A DNA stretch of 64,000 bases from Eledone cirrhosa (lineage: Eukaryota). The notes under the pieces are model-generated. The model was not told the DNA's origin and did not search any database. It saw only the letters and a list, made by a program, of their open reading frames with translations. Shown piece after piece: positions 1 through 12,207 of this stretch (position 1 is the first letter of the stretch; every line of letters starts with the position of its first letter). Where the stretch lies: positions 277,202,001-277,266,000 of the forward strand of contig OZ024740.1 in assembly GCA_964016885.1 (NCBI GenBank), in the 5' to 3' direction. Position numbers and translations under genes: made by a program.

Positions 1-64
1 ATACATACATACATACATACATACATACATACATACATACATACATACATACATACATACATAC
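1..64. repeat. (ATAC)n microsatellite
   Basis: Perfect tetranucleotide run; further runs at 392-461, 4686-4704, 5288-5358, 6223-6243 and 9758-9878 separate the RLE elements. Confidence 0.98.
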
Positions 65-391
65 AAATCTTGAGTGGCGGGGCTTCATAGAAATAGAAAA
101 AACACGACTCGTTAGGAAATTAGTTAGGAACAGTAAAAATATGTAAAACAGTCTAAAAGTTTTGCATCTAATAACTGCATATACACTTATACAGATACAA
201 AGCATATACACATGCATACATATAACTCAACACAAAATCCACATATACATTAACATCTATACCTGCAAACACATGCATACATATCTACCTAGTTGATGTT
301 GTGTAAATTCCAATGAGAGAGTCTTGTAACTATGTTAGAAACCGACTCTCTCTCTATTGGCAAAAATTTGTGAAACTATAAAACCAGAAGA
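65..391 (+). mobile_element. 5'-truncated 3' end of R4/Dong-like RLE LINE (family B)
   Basis: Closely similar to 9420-9757 (atatctacctagttgatgttgtgtaaattccaatgagagagtc...aaaccagaagaac); flanked by (CATA)n. Confidence 0.85.
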
Positions 392-592
392 ACATACATA
401 CATACATACATACATACATACATACATACATACATACATACATACATACATACATACATACAATGGCGACCGTTGTGGTCAGTGTCCGATAATTGGACGT
501 GTGTAATTACGGCTTACATGAAGGCAACATACCATATATTGGAAAAAGTTGAGCTACATTACGCGGTAAGATTACATACAATAATTCTACAT

Positions 593-890
593 AAGTGTTT
601 GAACTGTAAGTGTGTTGTAAAACACCTATTTATATGAACGATACATACACTTATGATATATGAACGATACATACACTTTAACATATAAATGCAACGTTGT
701 TATATTACATTTATAAAGAAATATAAAAGTAACGTTTTCGATTCAGAAACAAAAATATAAGTGTTTGAACTGTGAATGTTGTGAATATGTTGTAGAACAC
801 CTATTTATATGAATGATACATAAACTTTAACATATAAATACAGCATTGTTATATTATATTACATTCGTAAAGGAATATACTAAGTAACGG
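593..890 (+). repeat. Imperfect ~170-bp tandem duplication in family A 5'UTR
   Basis: agtgtttgaactgt...acacctatttatatgaa...aagtaacg occurs at ~593-735 and ~760-890. Confidence 0.75.
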
Positions 891-1094
891 TTCTTTTTGT
901 TCTCGATTCAAACGATTCAAGAACAACGTTTAAAACACAGTTGTAGAATTAAAAACTAACTGAAAAGAAATATTACCCAAGCTGTGAATAACTTTAAATT
1001 TGATTCTGACAGAACTTTGTCGTAACTTTTAAAGAAGATCATCGACTATTTAAAAAAAATAAATACAAAATATTAGTGAATAGACGAACTCATC

Positions 1095-4000
1095 ATGGCA
1101 AAAAGTACAAGTCTCCTTCGACCAAATCGCAATTACAACCGTTGTATACAGTGGAGCTACGAGCTTAACAAAGAATTATATGAAGCATACAAACAATCTG
1201 AACCCCAAAAGTTCGGTTTTATGCAAAGGCTAAAAACTTTATGGAACTCCAAACACCCAGAATTAGACTTTTCTCCAAAGCATCTAAATGAACAGGCAAA
1301 ACGTATCATTAGATGTAAATTGATATATCTAACGGAATCGAGTGATACTACAAATACAGCCCTTGTAGACAACCACCCCACCTCCACTGACAGACAAAGA
1401 GAATGGCCGGCTAAATCTAACAGTGAACAGCTCACCAACAATTTTGCTGAAATCCATCCCACTTCCACTGAAGAACAGCGAGAAAGGTCAGCTGACTCTA
1501 GTAGTAATTGTCACCACATCAACAACGAGGCTGCAATTCATGACTCTACTGAACAAACAGAGCACCAAAAACTTGTGGGCACCCTACAAGTGATATGGAA
1601 CGATATGTTTCAAGAGATACACAGCCTTAATGTGAGTGACAGACCATACAACACTAGAGTCAGTAAAGAACCCACTAAATTGGAATTGGAAGCGGTGAAC
1701 GAAATAGCTGGCAATTATCTGAAGGCTATACGATCTAAAGGTGTAGAAACGACATTTGAAACGCTCAATGTTTTGTTATATGTTTCAGCTGTCACATTGC
1801 TATCATATAACACACATCTAAAACCACGCAATCAAGATACAAACAGAAAGCCTGAACCAGCGTGGATGCGAAATTTAAAAACCAAAATTTTGTCCCTGAG
1901 ACGAAGTATCTCACACATCGCAGTCGTTATGAAATGCAACATAGAGAGAAACTTCACACGACACCAGGAAGACCTAAAGAAAAAGTTAGAGAGACGATTT
2001 GGAGATACCAAATTTAAAACTTTGAACTCCAAATTACACCAGTTGAAACAACAACTCACAGCTACAACAGAAAGACTAAAATATAAGTCAACAGCCCATA
2101 AACGACAAGTGCTAAATAGATTGTTTGCCAGAGATCCTAAATCAGTTTATCGCAGCTTCGGTGGCAAAAGCTCAATCCCTGTAAACGACACCCCTTCAAA
2201 AGAACAGGTTGAGAACTACTGGAGATCTGTATGGGAAACGGATGACGGATTCAACAGACAAGCTAATTGGCTAAAACAACTGGAACAGGACTACTGCCAA
2301 CATGTCCAGACAAAACAATATGACATAGATGGGTCAATACTGGAAACAGCTCTACAGAAAATGTCGAATAGGAAATCGCCAGGCCCAGACCTCATTACAG
2401 GATACTGGTTGAAGAATTTCACTTTCTATCGGCAAGATCTCATACGGCTGTTTACAGAAACCATTAAGGGCACACAAGAACTGCCCAGATGGTTATCAAC
2501 TGCCACTACTCTCCTCATTCCCCAAAATAGCCAAACCACCCTTGCTAAAAATTACCGCCCAATTGCCTGCCAAAACATCATGTATAAATTATATACTGGG
2601 TGCCTTAACCTGTTCTTACAGGATCACTGTGCTACCAACAACATCATAACACCTGAGCAAGCTGGTGGAAAGAGGGAGGTGTGGGGTTGCATAGATCACC
2701 TACTAACTAACAAAATGATTCAGGAAAAAACAACAAAGAATCGCAGAAACATGACTGTCGTGTGGCTGGACTATCAAAAAGCATTTGATAGTGTACCTCA
2801 TGGGTGGATTATTAAGGCTTTACAGTTAGCTAAAGTCCCACAACCATTAGTAGCTGCTGTTGAACGCCTGACCAAGAACTGGTACACCAATTTGATCCTT
2901 AGAGGTGAGAAGGAGCAGGTTAAGACTGATAGGATACATTACCAGAAGGGCATCTTTCAGGGTGATAGCTTGTCAGTACTACTCTTCGTTCTCTCACTGA
3001 ATCCACTATCTTACCTACTCAGGAAACAAGGTGGACAAAGAAGTGGGCCCAGAAGTATCTCCCATCTTTTCTTTGTTGATGACCTGAAGTTGTATGGGCC
3101 AAATATCAATGACATCAAGAAACAATTGGACCTCATTACACAATTTTCAACCGACATCAAAATGAAATTTGGTGAGTCCAAGTGTGCATATTTGGCAGTA
3201 AAACGTGGAAGAGCTGTGCCCTCCTCTAGAAATCTAGATATGAACGGCCTGACAATACAACCTCTGCAGTCAGGTGACAACTACAGATATCTTGGACAGG
3301 ATGAGAATGTCAGATATGATGGACCCATAAATAAGGAGAGAACCAGAACTGAATACCTCAGAAGAGTAAAAAAAATATGGTCATCAGAACTGTCAGCATA
3401 CAACAAATACATTGCCCACAATACCTATGCTGTGCCAATTATAACGCCAACATTTGGCCTACTGAACTGGTCATTGCAAGAACTAAGTGAGATGGATGTT
3501 AGAACTCGTAAACTTCTCAGTGTTACTGGGAACTTTAACATCAATGGTGATGTGGATAGGCTATACTTCTCACGCAAGGAAGGTGGCCGGGGTCTAAAAT
3601 CAATATTAACAACATATGAGACCCGGATAGTAACACTGAAGCAACACCTTCAACAGAGGAAAAAGGTTGGCGACCATCTTGCTCAGGTTTATGAGCATGA
3701 AAAAAGAAATATCATTAGAATAGCGACTGATCTGGAGGAGAGATATGGAATAAAGCCTGATATAAATCTCTCACCCAGAGAAATCGGAAGATCCTATTCA
3801 ATGTTCAAACAAGAAAAAAAAATTGACCAATTTACAGAGAAAGTTGTGCATGGATACTTGAGGCGTAAAACACAGACCATAGAGGGGATAAACCACTCAA
3901 AAAGCCTGGCATGGAGTTCCGACAAGTTTATGACATCACACCTTGAGGGATATCTCTATGCAATACAGGAACAAGAACTCCCTACCAAATATCTGCTGCA

Positions 4001-4604
4001 CAAAAGAGGAGGGCCAGCAGCTGACAATAAATGTAGGCTATGTAAAACAAAGATCGAGGATGTAAGCCACATTGTTGCCAGCTGCGAAAGAATGTCATCT
4101 CGCTACTACCTCCCCATGAGACACGATGGGATAGCTAGAACTATCTGGAACGCACTTCGGAAAACAAAATTAACAACAAACGAGGAAGAATATATTGAGA
4201 CAGATGGCACTAAGGAATACTGGTGGAACCTGAAAATAAAAACTGCCACCAAATTAAAGCACAACCGGCCTGATATTGTAGTTTGGGACCACACATTGAA
4301 AACGTGTTCTGTTGTGGAGATCAGCTGCCCACTTGATGTAAACGTTGTCAGAAAAATACAGGAGAAGGAGGACATCTACGGACCATTGATGAGGAGCTTA
4401 CAAATCCAGTATCCAAGATACACCTTTAGCTTCATACCCATCATTATTGGTGCTACGGGTTATATACCAACCCGCTTGGACCAAAGTATGACCGAACTTG
4501 GATTTGCGGACAAAAAGCGCAGCTCCCTAATTCATAGTCTACAAATGGCTGCGATAGCTGGCACCTTCAAAATATGCAAAACATTCTTGCGATTCAAGGG
4601 ATGA
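1095..4604 (+). CDS. Reverse transcriptase + CCHC knuckle + restriction-like endonuclease (R4/Dong clade), 1169 aa, intact
   Basis: RT motifs KSPGPD, NYRPIAC, WLDYQKAFDSVPH, GIFQGDSLS, HLFFVDD; CRLC-x8-H-x4-C; RHD; RPDIVV...VEISCP. Confidence 0.93.
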   Translation: MAKSTSLLRPNRNYNRCIQWSYELNKELYEAYKQSEPQKFGFMQRLKTLWNSKHPELDFSPKHLNEQAKRIIRCKLIYLTESSDTTNTALVDNHPTSTDRQREWPAKSNSEQLTNNFAEIHPTSTEEQRERSADSSSNCHHINNEAAIHDSTEQTEHQKLVGTLQVIWNDMFQEIHSLNVSDRPYNTRVSKEPTKLELEAVNEIAGNYLKAIRSKGVETTFETLNVLLYVSAVTLLSYNTHLKPRNQDTNRKPEPAWMRNLKTKILSLRRSISHIAVVMKCNIERNFTRHQEDLKKKLERRFGDTKFKTLNSKLHQLKQQLTATTERLKYKSTAHKRQVLNRLFARDPKSVYRSFGGKSSIPVNDTPSKEQVENYWRSVWETDDGFNRQANWLKQLEQDYCQHVQTKQYDIDGSILETALQKMSNRKSPGPDLITGYWLKNFTFYRQDLIRLFTETIKGTQELPRWLSTATTLLIPQNSQTTLAKNYRPIACQNIMYKLYTGCLNLFLQDHCATNNIITPEQAGGKREVWGCIDHLLTNKMIQEKTTKNRRNMTVVWLDYQKAFDSVPHGWIIKALQLAKVPQPLVAAVERLTKNWYTNLILRGEKEQVKTDRIHYQKGIFQGDSLSVLLFVLSLNPLSYLLRKQGGQRSGPRSISHLFFVDDLKLYGPNINDIKKQLDLITQFSTDIKMKFGESKCAYLAVKRGRAVPSSRNLDMNGLTIQPLQSGDNYRYLGQDENVRYDGPINKERTRTEYLRRVKKIWSSELSAYNKYIAHNTYAVPIITPTFGLLNWSLQELSEMDVRTRKLLSVTGNFNINGDVDRLYFSRKEGGRGLKSILTTYETRIVTLKQHLQQRKKVGDHLAQVYEHEKRNIIRIATDLEERYGIKPDINLSPREIGRSYSMFKQEKKIDQFTEKVVHGYLRRKTQTIEGINHSKSLAWSSDKFMTSHLEGYLYAIQEQELPTKYLLHKRGGPAADNKCRLCKTKIEDVSHIVASCERMSSRYYLPMRHDGIARTIWNALRKTKLTTNEEEYIETDGTKEYWWNLKIKTATKLKHNRPDIVVWDHTLKTCSVVEISCPLDVNVVRKIQEKEDIYGPLMRSLQIQYPRYTFSFIPIIIGATGYIPTRLDQSMTELGFADKKRSSLIHSLQMAAIAGTFKICKTFLRFKG

Positions 4605-4704
4605 CAATTTCTTTTCTTTTACAACCTTGCCACCAGGAAGGTGGCCGGTCAAAAAAATATACTCGAAATTAAGAGAAAGAGAAAACATACATACATACAT
4701 ACAT

Positions 4705-5287
4705 GGTGGTTGCCAACTCGTTTTCGAGTACGGCCACTACTTTATATCCATGTAGGAGAACCCCTACCGATGCGCTGAACGAGTGTGACTTTTTAGTCCA
4801 GACAGCGACTTGAAAACTCTGGTACAAACACTACACTTGCGACAATTACTGACACATAGTGCTGGGCCCATGGTACCATGTGACGACAAGTGCAGAGAGA
4901 TCTCAAGATATAAAGCAATGCCTGTGCCGTGAAGCTTTTATAGTGAGCAAAGGCACTGCACAAAGCCAGTCCCACTCTCTTAACCAAGATGATATTTACC
5001 AAAAAGAAGAACAAGTCAACATCATTGGATACAATCAGAGTTGCAGGTGTTATATCAGAGTTTTCCTTCTCCTAGAATGCTGCCTTGACAAAGCTAAGGG
5101 GTCATCTCGCCCGGTGATTTTGGATGGCCATTGACCCTTAAGAGCTCCTTTGCTCTTTGACATGTTTTGTTTTTAGTCCTGCAGGATGTACAAAGTCACC
5201 CTCCTCACTACGAACCTTTGTGGGGTTGCCAGTTTAGTCGCCAACGACCCAACCATGAGACAGGTTGTACTGAGATACATGTTACCA
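4705..5287 (-). mobile_element. Non-coding ~580-bp element with RTE-type 5'UTR motif
   Basis: Minus strand has ggcagcattCTAGGAGAAGGAAAACTCTGA, which I recall as a motif of RTE/BovB 5'UTRs; bounded by the microsatellite on both sides; no RT ORF. Confidence 0.5.
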
Positions 5288-5358
5288 TACATACATACAT
5301 ACATACATACATACATACATACATACATACATACATACAGACAGACATACAGACATAC

Positions 5359-6222
5359 AATTGACCAATTTACAGAAAAAGTTGTGCATGGATACTTGAG
5401 ACGTAAAACACAGACCTTAGAGGGGATAAACCACTCAAAAAGCCTGGCATGGAGTTCCGACAAGGTTATGACATCACACCTTGAGGGATATCTCTATACA
5501 TTACAGGAACAAGAACTCCCTACCAAATATCTGCTGCACAAAAGAGGAGGGCCAGCAGCTGACAATAAATGTAGACTATGTAAAACAAAGATCGAGGATG
5601 TAAGCCACATTGTTGCCAGCTGCGAAAGAATGTCATCTCGCTACTACCTCCCCATGAGACACGATGGGATAGCTAGAACCATCTGGAACGCACTTCGGAA
5701 AACAAAATTAACAACAAACGAGGAAGAATATATTGAGACAGATGGCACTCAGGAATATTGGTGGAACCTGAAAATAAAAACTGCCACCAAATTAAAGCAC
5801 AACCGGCCTGATATTGTTGTTTAGGACCACACATTGAAAACGTGTTCCGTTGTGGAGATCAGCTGCCCACTTGATGTAAACGTTGTCAGAAAAATACAGG
5901 AGAAGGAGGACATCTACGGATCATTGATGAGGAGTTTACAAATCCAGTATCCAAGATACACCTTTAGCTTCATACCCATCATTATTGGAGCTACGGGTTA
6001 TATACCAACCCGCTTGGACCAAAGTATGACTGAACTTGGATTTGCGGACAAAAAGTCAGCTCCCTAATTCATAGTCTACAAATGGCTGCGATAGCTGGCA
6101 CCTTCAAAATATGCAAAACATTCTTGCCTTTCAAGGGAAGACAATTTCTTTTCTTTTACAACCTTGCCACCAGGAAGGTGGCCGGTCAAAAAAATATACT
6201 CGAAATTAAGAGAAAGAGATAA
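5359..6222 (+). pseudogene. 5'-truncated near-identical copy of family A (RLE region + 3'UTR)
   Basis: Matches 3821-4685; TGG>TAG stop at 5822-5824 and a 1-nt indel near 6056. Confidence 0.92.
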
Positions 6223-6243
6223 CATACATACATACATACATAC

Positions 6244-9200
6244 AAATGCACCCAGAGCTAAATTATTTCACAGCGAAACAATTATGCCAACAAGCGACGT
6301 TTGTTGAACGTAAAAATAAGATAAATATTATTAATTGTAAGTCCCCCACAACAAACATGGGATCAACAACACGTGCTAGAGGTCGCCATGCTACTAGACT
6401 TCTTAGCAGCCAGGTCGAACATGCCTTGAAACAACTATGCCTGTAAGAAACTTGACACCACGTGTACCATCTAAGTCTAATTCGATGCTGGGGAAAACAC
6501 TATCGATGATAATAATAATCGAAGAAATAATAATAATAATCGAAGAAATTTGACACCACGTGTACCATCCGAGTCTGCCTCGACTGTTGTGGAAAATACT
6601 ATTGATAATGATAATAATCGAATGTATAAACAATTGAAAATTTCCCTCAACATTTTGGCAAATCAACGCCTGTTTATATTCCTTAGCAACAACAGCATTA
6701 TCTTGGTGATAGCAGAGATATTAACAAGAACAAAATACCATCATATATATAACTAAAATAGAAAAAAAGATTGCTGACCTACGAAAAAACATAGGATATG
6801 TGACAATGCTCCTTACATGCAGACAAACACAAAAAACCTCACTCCTCACCAACAAAGATGGAAAAATAAAATAGAGACGATGTTTGGTAACAGTAGAACC
6901 AGAACTCTTCAATATAAGCTGATCCCCCTCAAACAAGAATTGAGAGCTGTTAGCGAAAAACGCCGATAACTGAAGAAGGTAGATGAGAGAAAAGTGCTTA
7001 ATAAAAGATTCAGACGAAACCAAACATCAGTCTATAGAGATATTAAGGACAAAATAATAAGTGTCACTGAGGCCCCATTCCAGAAAGACATACATTCCTT
7101 TTGGAGAAAAATATGGGGTGAAAAGAAGAATTTCAACCAAGATGCAGTGTGGCTAAAAGAAATCCGAAGAACTATTGCTCCTACACTACAACAAAAGCAT
7201 ACGAAATAAGTGAGGGTACCCTTGAGACTGTGATAGGAAAACTCCAAGATAAGAAAACATCAGGAAGAAACATGATTGTCGGCTACTGGTACAAAAATCT
7301 GATATTCTATCGGAGGGACCTTACTGACCTCTACCAACAAGTTCTTAAGGGAGATACACTTATACCAGAATGGTTGACATTAGCACAAACATTACTGGTC
7401 CCCAAGAACAAAGACATCCACTTGGCAAAAAACTACCGACCCATTGCATGCCAGAACCTGATGTAAAAGATGTATACAGCCTGCCTGAACCTATTCCTCC
7501 AAGATCACTGTGAAAATAATAACATCATCACAGATGAACGAGCAGCTGGAAAGAAAGGGGTTTGGGGATGTGCTGAAGAACTCCTAATCAACAAAACTGC
7601 GATGTAGGAGGTGTGACAACTTAGGAGGAATATGGTTACAGTCTGGCTGGAGTACAGGAACGCTTTCGATTCTGTTCCCCACTCTTGGATCATAGAGGCC
7701 CTCCAACTTGCTAAAGTCCCAGACATTATTATCAGAGCCATAGAGAAGCTGTCTTCTTCTTGGGCTACTATCCTAAGGTTAAAGACAGAGAGGGAGGACT
7801 CTAGTTTCACTGATAAAATAAAATATCGCAGGGTTATATTTCAGGGAGATAGTCTCTCTGTGATATTCATCCTGTCATTAAACCCCTTGTCCTTTCTGCT
7901 CAAGAAATGTGAATGATACATCATTGGCTCACGGGAAGACATAAATACGAACCTAACCCATAATTTCTTGGTGGATGATCTGAAACTCTATGCCAAGAAC
8001 ATGGATGGTATGAAGAAAATTCTTGACCTTGTTACAACGTTCTCAAAGGATATAGGAATGGAGTTTGGCCAAGATAAATGCTCATATATGACTGTAAAGC
8101 GGGGGAAAAACAACAACCCAATCTAGCAACATTGTCATCAATGGCCTAACTGTTTCACCGATATCTGATGAGGACTGCTACATATACCTGGGGATAGATG
8201 AGAACATATCCTATAATGGTATCTGTAATAAGGAACGCGTAACCAGGGAATACTAGACCCGATTAAGAAAGAATTGGTAATCGGAACTCTCTGCGCAAAA
8301 CAAAACAGTGGCTTACAATGTGTTTGATGTGCCTGTCCTAACACCAACGTTTGGAATCCTCAATTGGACGATAGACGAAATCCGAGCAGTTGATGTTAGA
8401 ACTCGAAAAATACTAAACAACACCGGAAACTTCCACACCAACAATGATATAGACCGCCTTTACTTGAAACGTAAGCAGGGAGGCAGATGCCTAACATCAG
8501 TCCAGACAACATTTGAATGTCGCATCATATCCCTCCGACATCTACGAACCTCAAAGCGTAGGGGCCCGTCTCTCGAGCAAATCTATCTGCATGAAACAGA
8601 TAAGATCATGAGATTGGGAAGGATTTCCTCGAGAGATATTCCCTGTGTGATAATGAAAAACTCACACCCAAGGAAGTCTCTCAGCAGTATTGCAGTGAAT
8701 CCATGGATGAAAAACTGCATGCTTATCAGCAAAAAATCATGCATGGATATGTTGCCAGGAAGCTCCACAGTGAGAGTAATATAGATAAGGAAAGTATTCT
8801 ATCTTGGACCAACAACCGCTATATTGGCTCTCACTTTGAAGGATACGCTTTTACAATCCAAGAACAGGAAATTAACATGAAATACCTGATTCACAAAAGA
8901 GATAGGGATGCAGGAAAAACACCTAGATGTGATAACAAGTGCAGACTCTGCAGAATTAACATCGAAGATGTCACCCATGTTATCAGCAACTATCCACAGA
9001 TATCATCGCGGTACTATCTACCTATGAGGCATGATGTAGTGGCCAAAACACTGTACAATGCAATCCGTAGAAAAGATAGACCCGATAATAAACACATTAA
9101 AAGCTACAGCAAAGTGGAAGACATCCATGTACATAATATGAAAGACTACTGGTGGAATGTTCCAGTAAAAACCCCAATAAAATGCAGGTATAACAGACCA

Positions 9201-9757
9201 GATATTATATGGGACACGGAGAAGAAAATATGCAAAGTAGTGGAAATTAGGTGCCCAGCAGATGCCAATATAATATCAAAGATTAGCGAAAAGGAAAATA
9301 TATATGCAGAACTGATGAGAAATCCGCAGATACTCCACCCTGATTACACCTTCAGATGTATGCCTGTGATTATTGGGGCACTGGGGTATGTTAGTAACTG
9401 CCTTAATACAAATTTTGAAAGCTAGGCTTCACAGGAACAGAAAGAACACAACTAGTTAGGAAATTACAAGTACAATCCATTAATGGAACAGTAAATATAT
9501 ATAAAACATTTCAAAAATGTTGCATCTAATAATTGCATATACCCATATATGTACAGATACAAAGCATACACACATGCACACATACAACTGAAATCATCCA
9601 CACCCACACAAACAATAACATCCATATCTACACATGCATACATACATATCTACCTAGTTGATGTTGTGTAAATTCCAATGAGAGAGTCTTGTGTCTATGT
9701 TAGAAACCGACTCTCTCTATATTGGTAAATATTTGTGAAATTATAAAACCAGAAGAA
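6244..9757 (+). pseudogene. Degenerate R4/Dong-like RLE LINE (family B)
   Basis: Broken ORFs: MHPELNYFTAKQL (matches family A N-terminus KHPELDFSPKHL), NYRPIACQN, AFDSVPH, IFQGDSLS, VDDLK, CRLC..RHD..RPDII; ends in (CATA)n. Confidence 0.88.
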
Positions 9758-10214
9758 CATACATACATACACACATACACACATACACACATACATACAT
9801 ACATACACATACATACATACATACATACATACATACATACATACATACATACATACATACATACATACATACATACATGTAAATATATATCGATGAATAT
9901 ATATTATCTTCATTATATATGTTTGTCTATGTATCATTGTCTGTTTGCATGTCTGCTTGTATATTTTGTTCATATATATTGTGAGTCGTGTTCATTGTAG
10001 CATACCGGCCGCAACAGTCGGCTGGTTACCTATCTCATGTCTGCTAACATAAACGTTCTATATAACCTTTGACTCTACTCCTTCGTAATGTAGTTCCCTG
10101 CTCCGATTTCCAAACTAGAATATCGACGTTTCCATTACAAAACGATACAGATGAAAGTGTTTTCAAAACTTCGCAGGTTCATAGATACGTGTGCAGACGG
10201 GTACATGATACATA

Positions 10215-10215
10215 C

Positions 10216-10283
<68 letters not shown>

Positions 10284-10348
10284 TATAGAGAGAGAGAGGG
10301 GGAGATAGATAGATGATATTTGTATTTATATATATATATATATAATTG

Positions 10349-10436
<88 letters not shown>

Positions 10437-10944
10437 GTATACGATTATTATATATCTATCCATCTCTCTCTCTCGCTCCCTCTCTCTCTCTCTATATATA
10501 TATATAGAGAGAGATAGCGATAGATAGATAGATGGATAGATATATAATATTTGTATATATATATATACATATATATATGTATGTGTGTGTATGATCTTAC
10601 ACATTAAAATTACGCACATAAACACATATACGCATATGTGTCTGCATTTTATATAATATATAAATTATAAAAAGAGATTATATATAATATGGTACAAATA
10701 TATGTGTATATATATATATATAAACATTATATTTGTGTGTATATATATATATACAATATATATATATATATATATATATATTATTCTCATAATCAAAATA
10801 TATATATATACGTATATTTATATATATATATATATATATTGTGTATATAAATAAATATCTATATATAGATATATAGGCATATATACATAGGTATACGTAT
10901 ATATATATACAAAGAGGGAGTGAGGGGGAGAGAGAGAGAGAGAG

Positions 10945-10987
<43 letters not shown>

Positions 10988-10989
10988 TA

Positions 10990-11020
<31 letters not shown>

Positions 11021-11024
11021 TATC

Positions 11025-11060
<36 letters not shown>
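10215..11060. repeat. Compound (TA)n/(GA)n/(TG)n microsatellites
   Basis: Direct reading; further (TA)n/(TG)n blocks at 11616-11955. Confidence 0.95.
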
Positions 11061-11063
<3 letters not shown>

Positions 11064-11613
11064 TAAAATAACAGATTAAAGTTTAAGCAAAGAATCGCTG
11101 CTTTCACCCTTAACGGGATCTGTTTTCGCGTATTCTTGTGTATGTACGTATATGGATGCGTGTATGTATTTATTTAATTTCAATTGCCTCTGTATTTTAT
11201 TTACTTTATTCTTAACTCTGAAGCCGAGAATCATTCGGTTTCCTAGTTAGTCTACGACTTCAGTTATAGTATTTACGTGGTTTTGTCTCTGCGTGCAATT
11301 GTTCTCCACGCTCCAAATAATGACGTATTATTTTCGTTTTTTTTCCGTTCTTTGCCAGGGAACGTTTCCACGAACCAAAGTATCGTCTTCCTGTCTTCCC
11401 CCGGTTGCAACGTTTTTTAAAATATTCACTTCTGCGTTCTCAGATTGATTTTGTTATTTTCAGAAGATCCCGTTAAGGGTGAAAGCAGCGATTCTTTGCT
11501 TAAACTTTAATCTGTTATTTTAATAGATATTTGCTCTACGGTTCTTATATATTTGATATATATTCATCCTTATCGAGCCCTCTTTGGATTTTAGTCTTCA
11601 AATTTATTATTAT

Positions 11614-11615
<2 letters not shown>
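11061..11615 (+). mobile_element. Non-coding PLE-like fold-back micro-element in (TA)n
   Basis: 61-bp perfect inverted repeat 11061-11121/11465-11525 plus a 3' extension; a deleted relative occurs at 47105-47237. Confidence 0.7.
11441..11514 (+). ncRNA. Hammerhead-like ribozyme, CAGAAGA core variant
   Basis: cagattga..ttt CAGAAGA tccc-gttaa-gggt GAAA gca-..-tgc TT aaa..ttaatctg; stems I, II and III can all be drawn. Confidence 0.55.
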
Positions 11616-11707
<92 letters not shown>

Positions 11708-11741
11708 GTAAGTATGTGTATATATATATAGGAAAAGAGTC

Positions 11742-11804
<63 letters not shown>

Positions 11805-12207
11805 TAATATACATCATACATTATGTATACCTTACATTTATGTATAATCTATAAAGTATATGTGTGTGCATGTGTGTGTGTGTGTGTATGTGTGTGTGTG
11901 TGTGTGTGTGTATGTGTGTGTGTGTGGGTGTGGGTGTGTGTTGGTGTGTGTGTGTTTGAATGACAGAGAGAAAGAGTAAGAAAATGGAGAAAGAGAGAAA
12001 GGGAGTGTTTGAATCTTCTTGAAATATTATCAAATATCATAAGGTGTTGGCTGAACCTTAAACTGACCTAAACTCTTTTAGTAGCTAGGTTTTAGCTCGA
12101 GACATTTATTTTAACTGGAAAACCATTTGTTGCTCACTGAAGCCCATAAATACTAGCTTTATTCATCTTCATTTCTCTAGTTTTAATTATCGTTATTATT
12201 ATTGTTG

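Larger units (their letters stand above)
462..4685 (+). mobile_element. Full-length R4/Dong-like RLE non-LTR retrotransposon (family A) in (CATA)n
   Basis: About 630-nt 5'UTR, single long ORF, about 80-nt 3'UTR, (CATA)n on both sides. Confidence 0.9.

Noticed and set aside
5186-5358. Apparent N-terminal extension of the 212-aa ORF
   Set aside because: Chance read-through across an antisense insert and the (CATA)n run into the truncated copy
10145-10185. CAGATGA aagtgttttc AAAA as a possible hammerhead
   Set aside because: Lacks GAAA and convincing stems I and III; at best a decayed remnant
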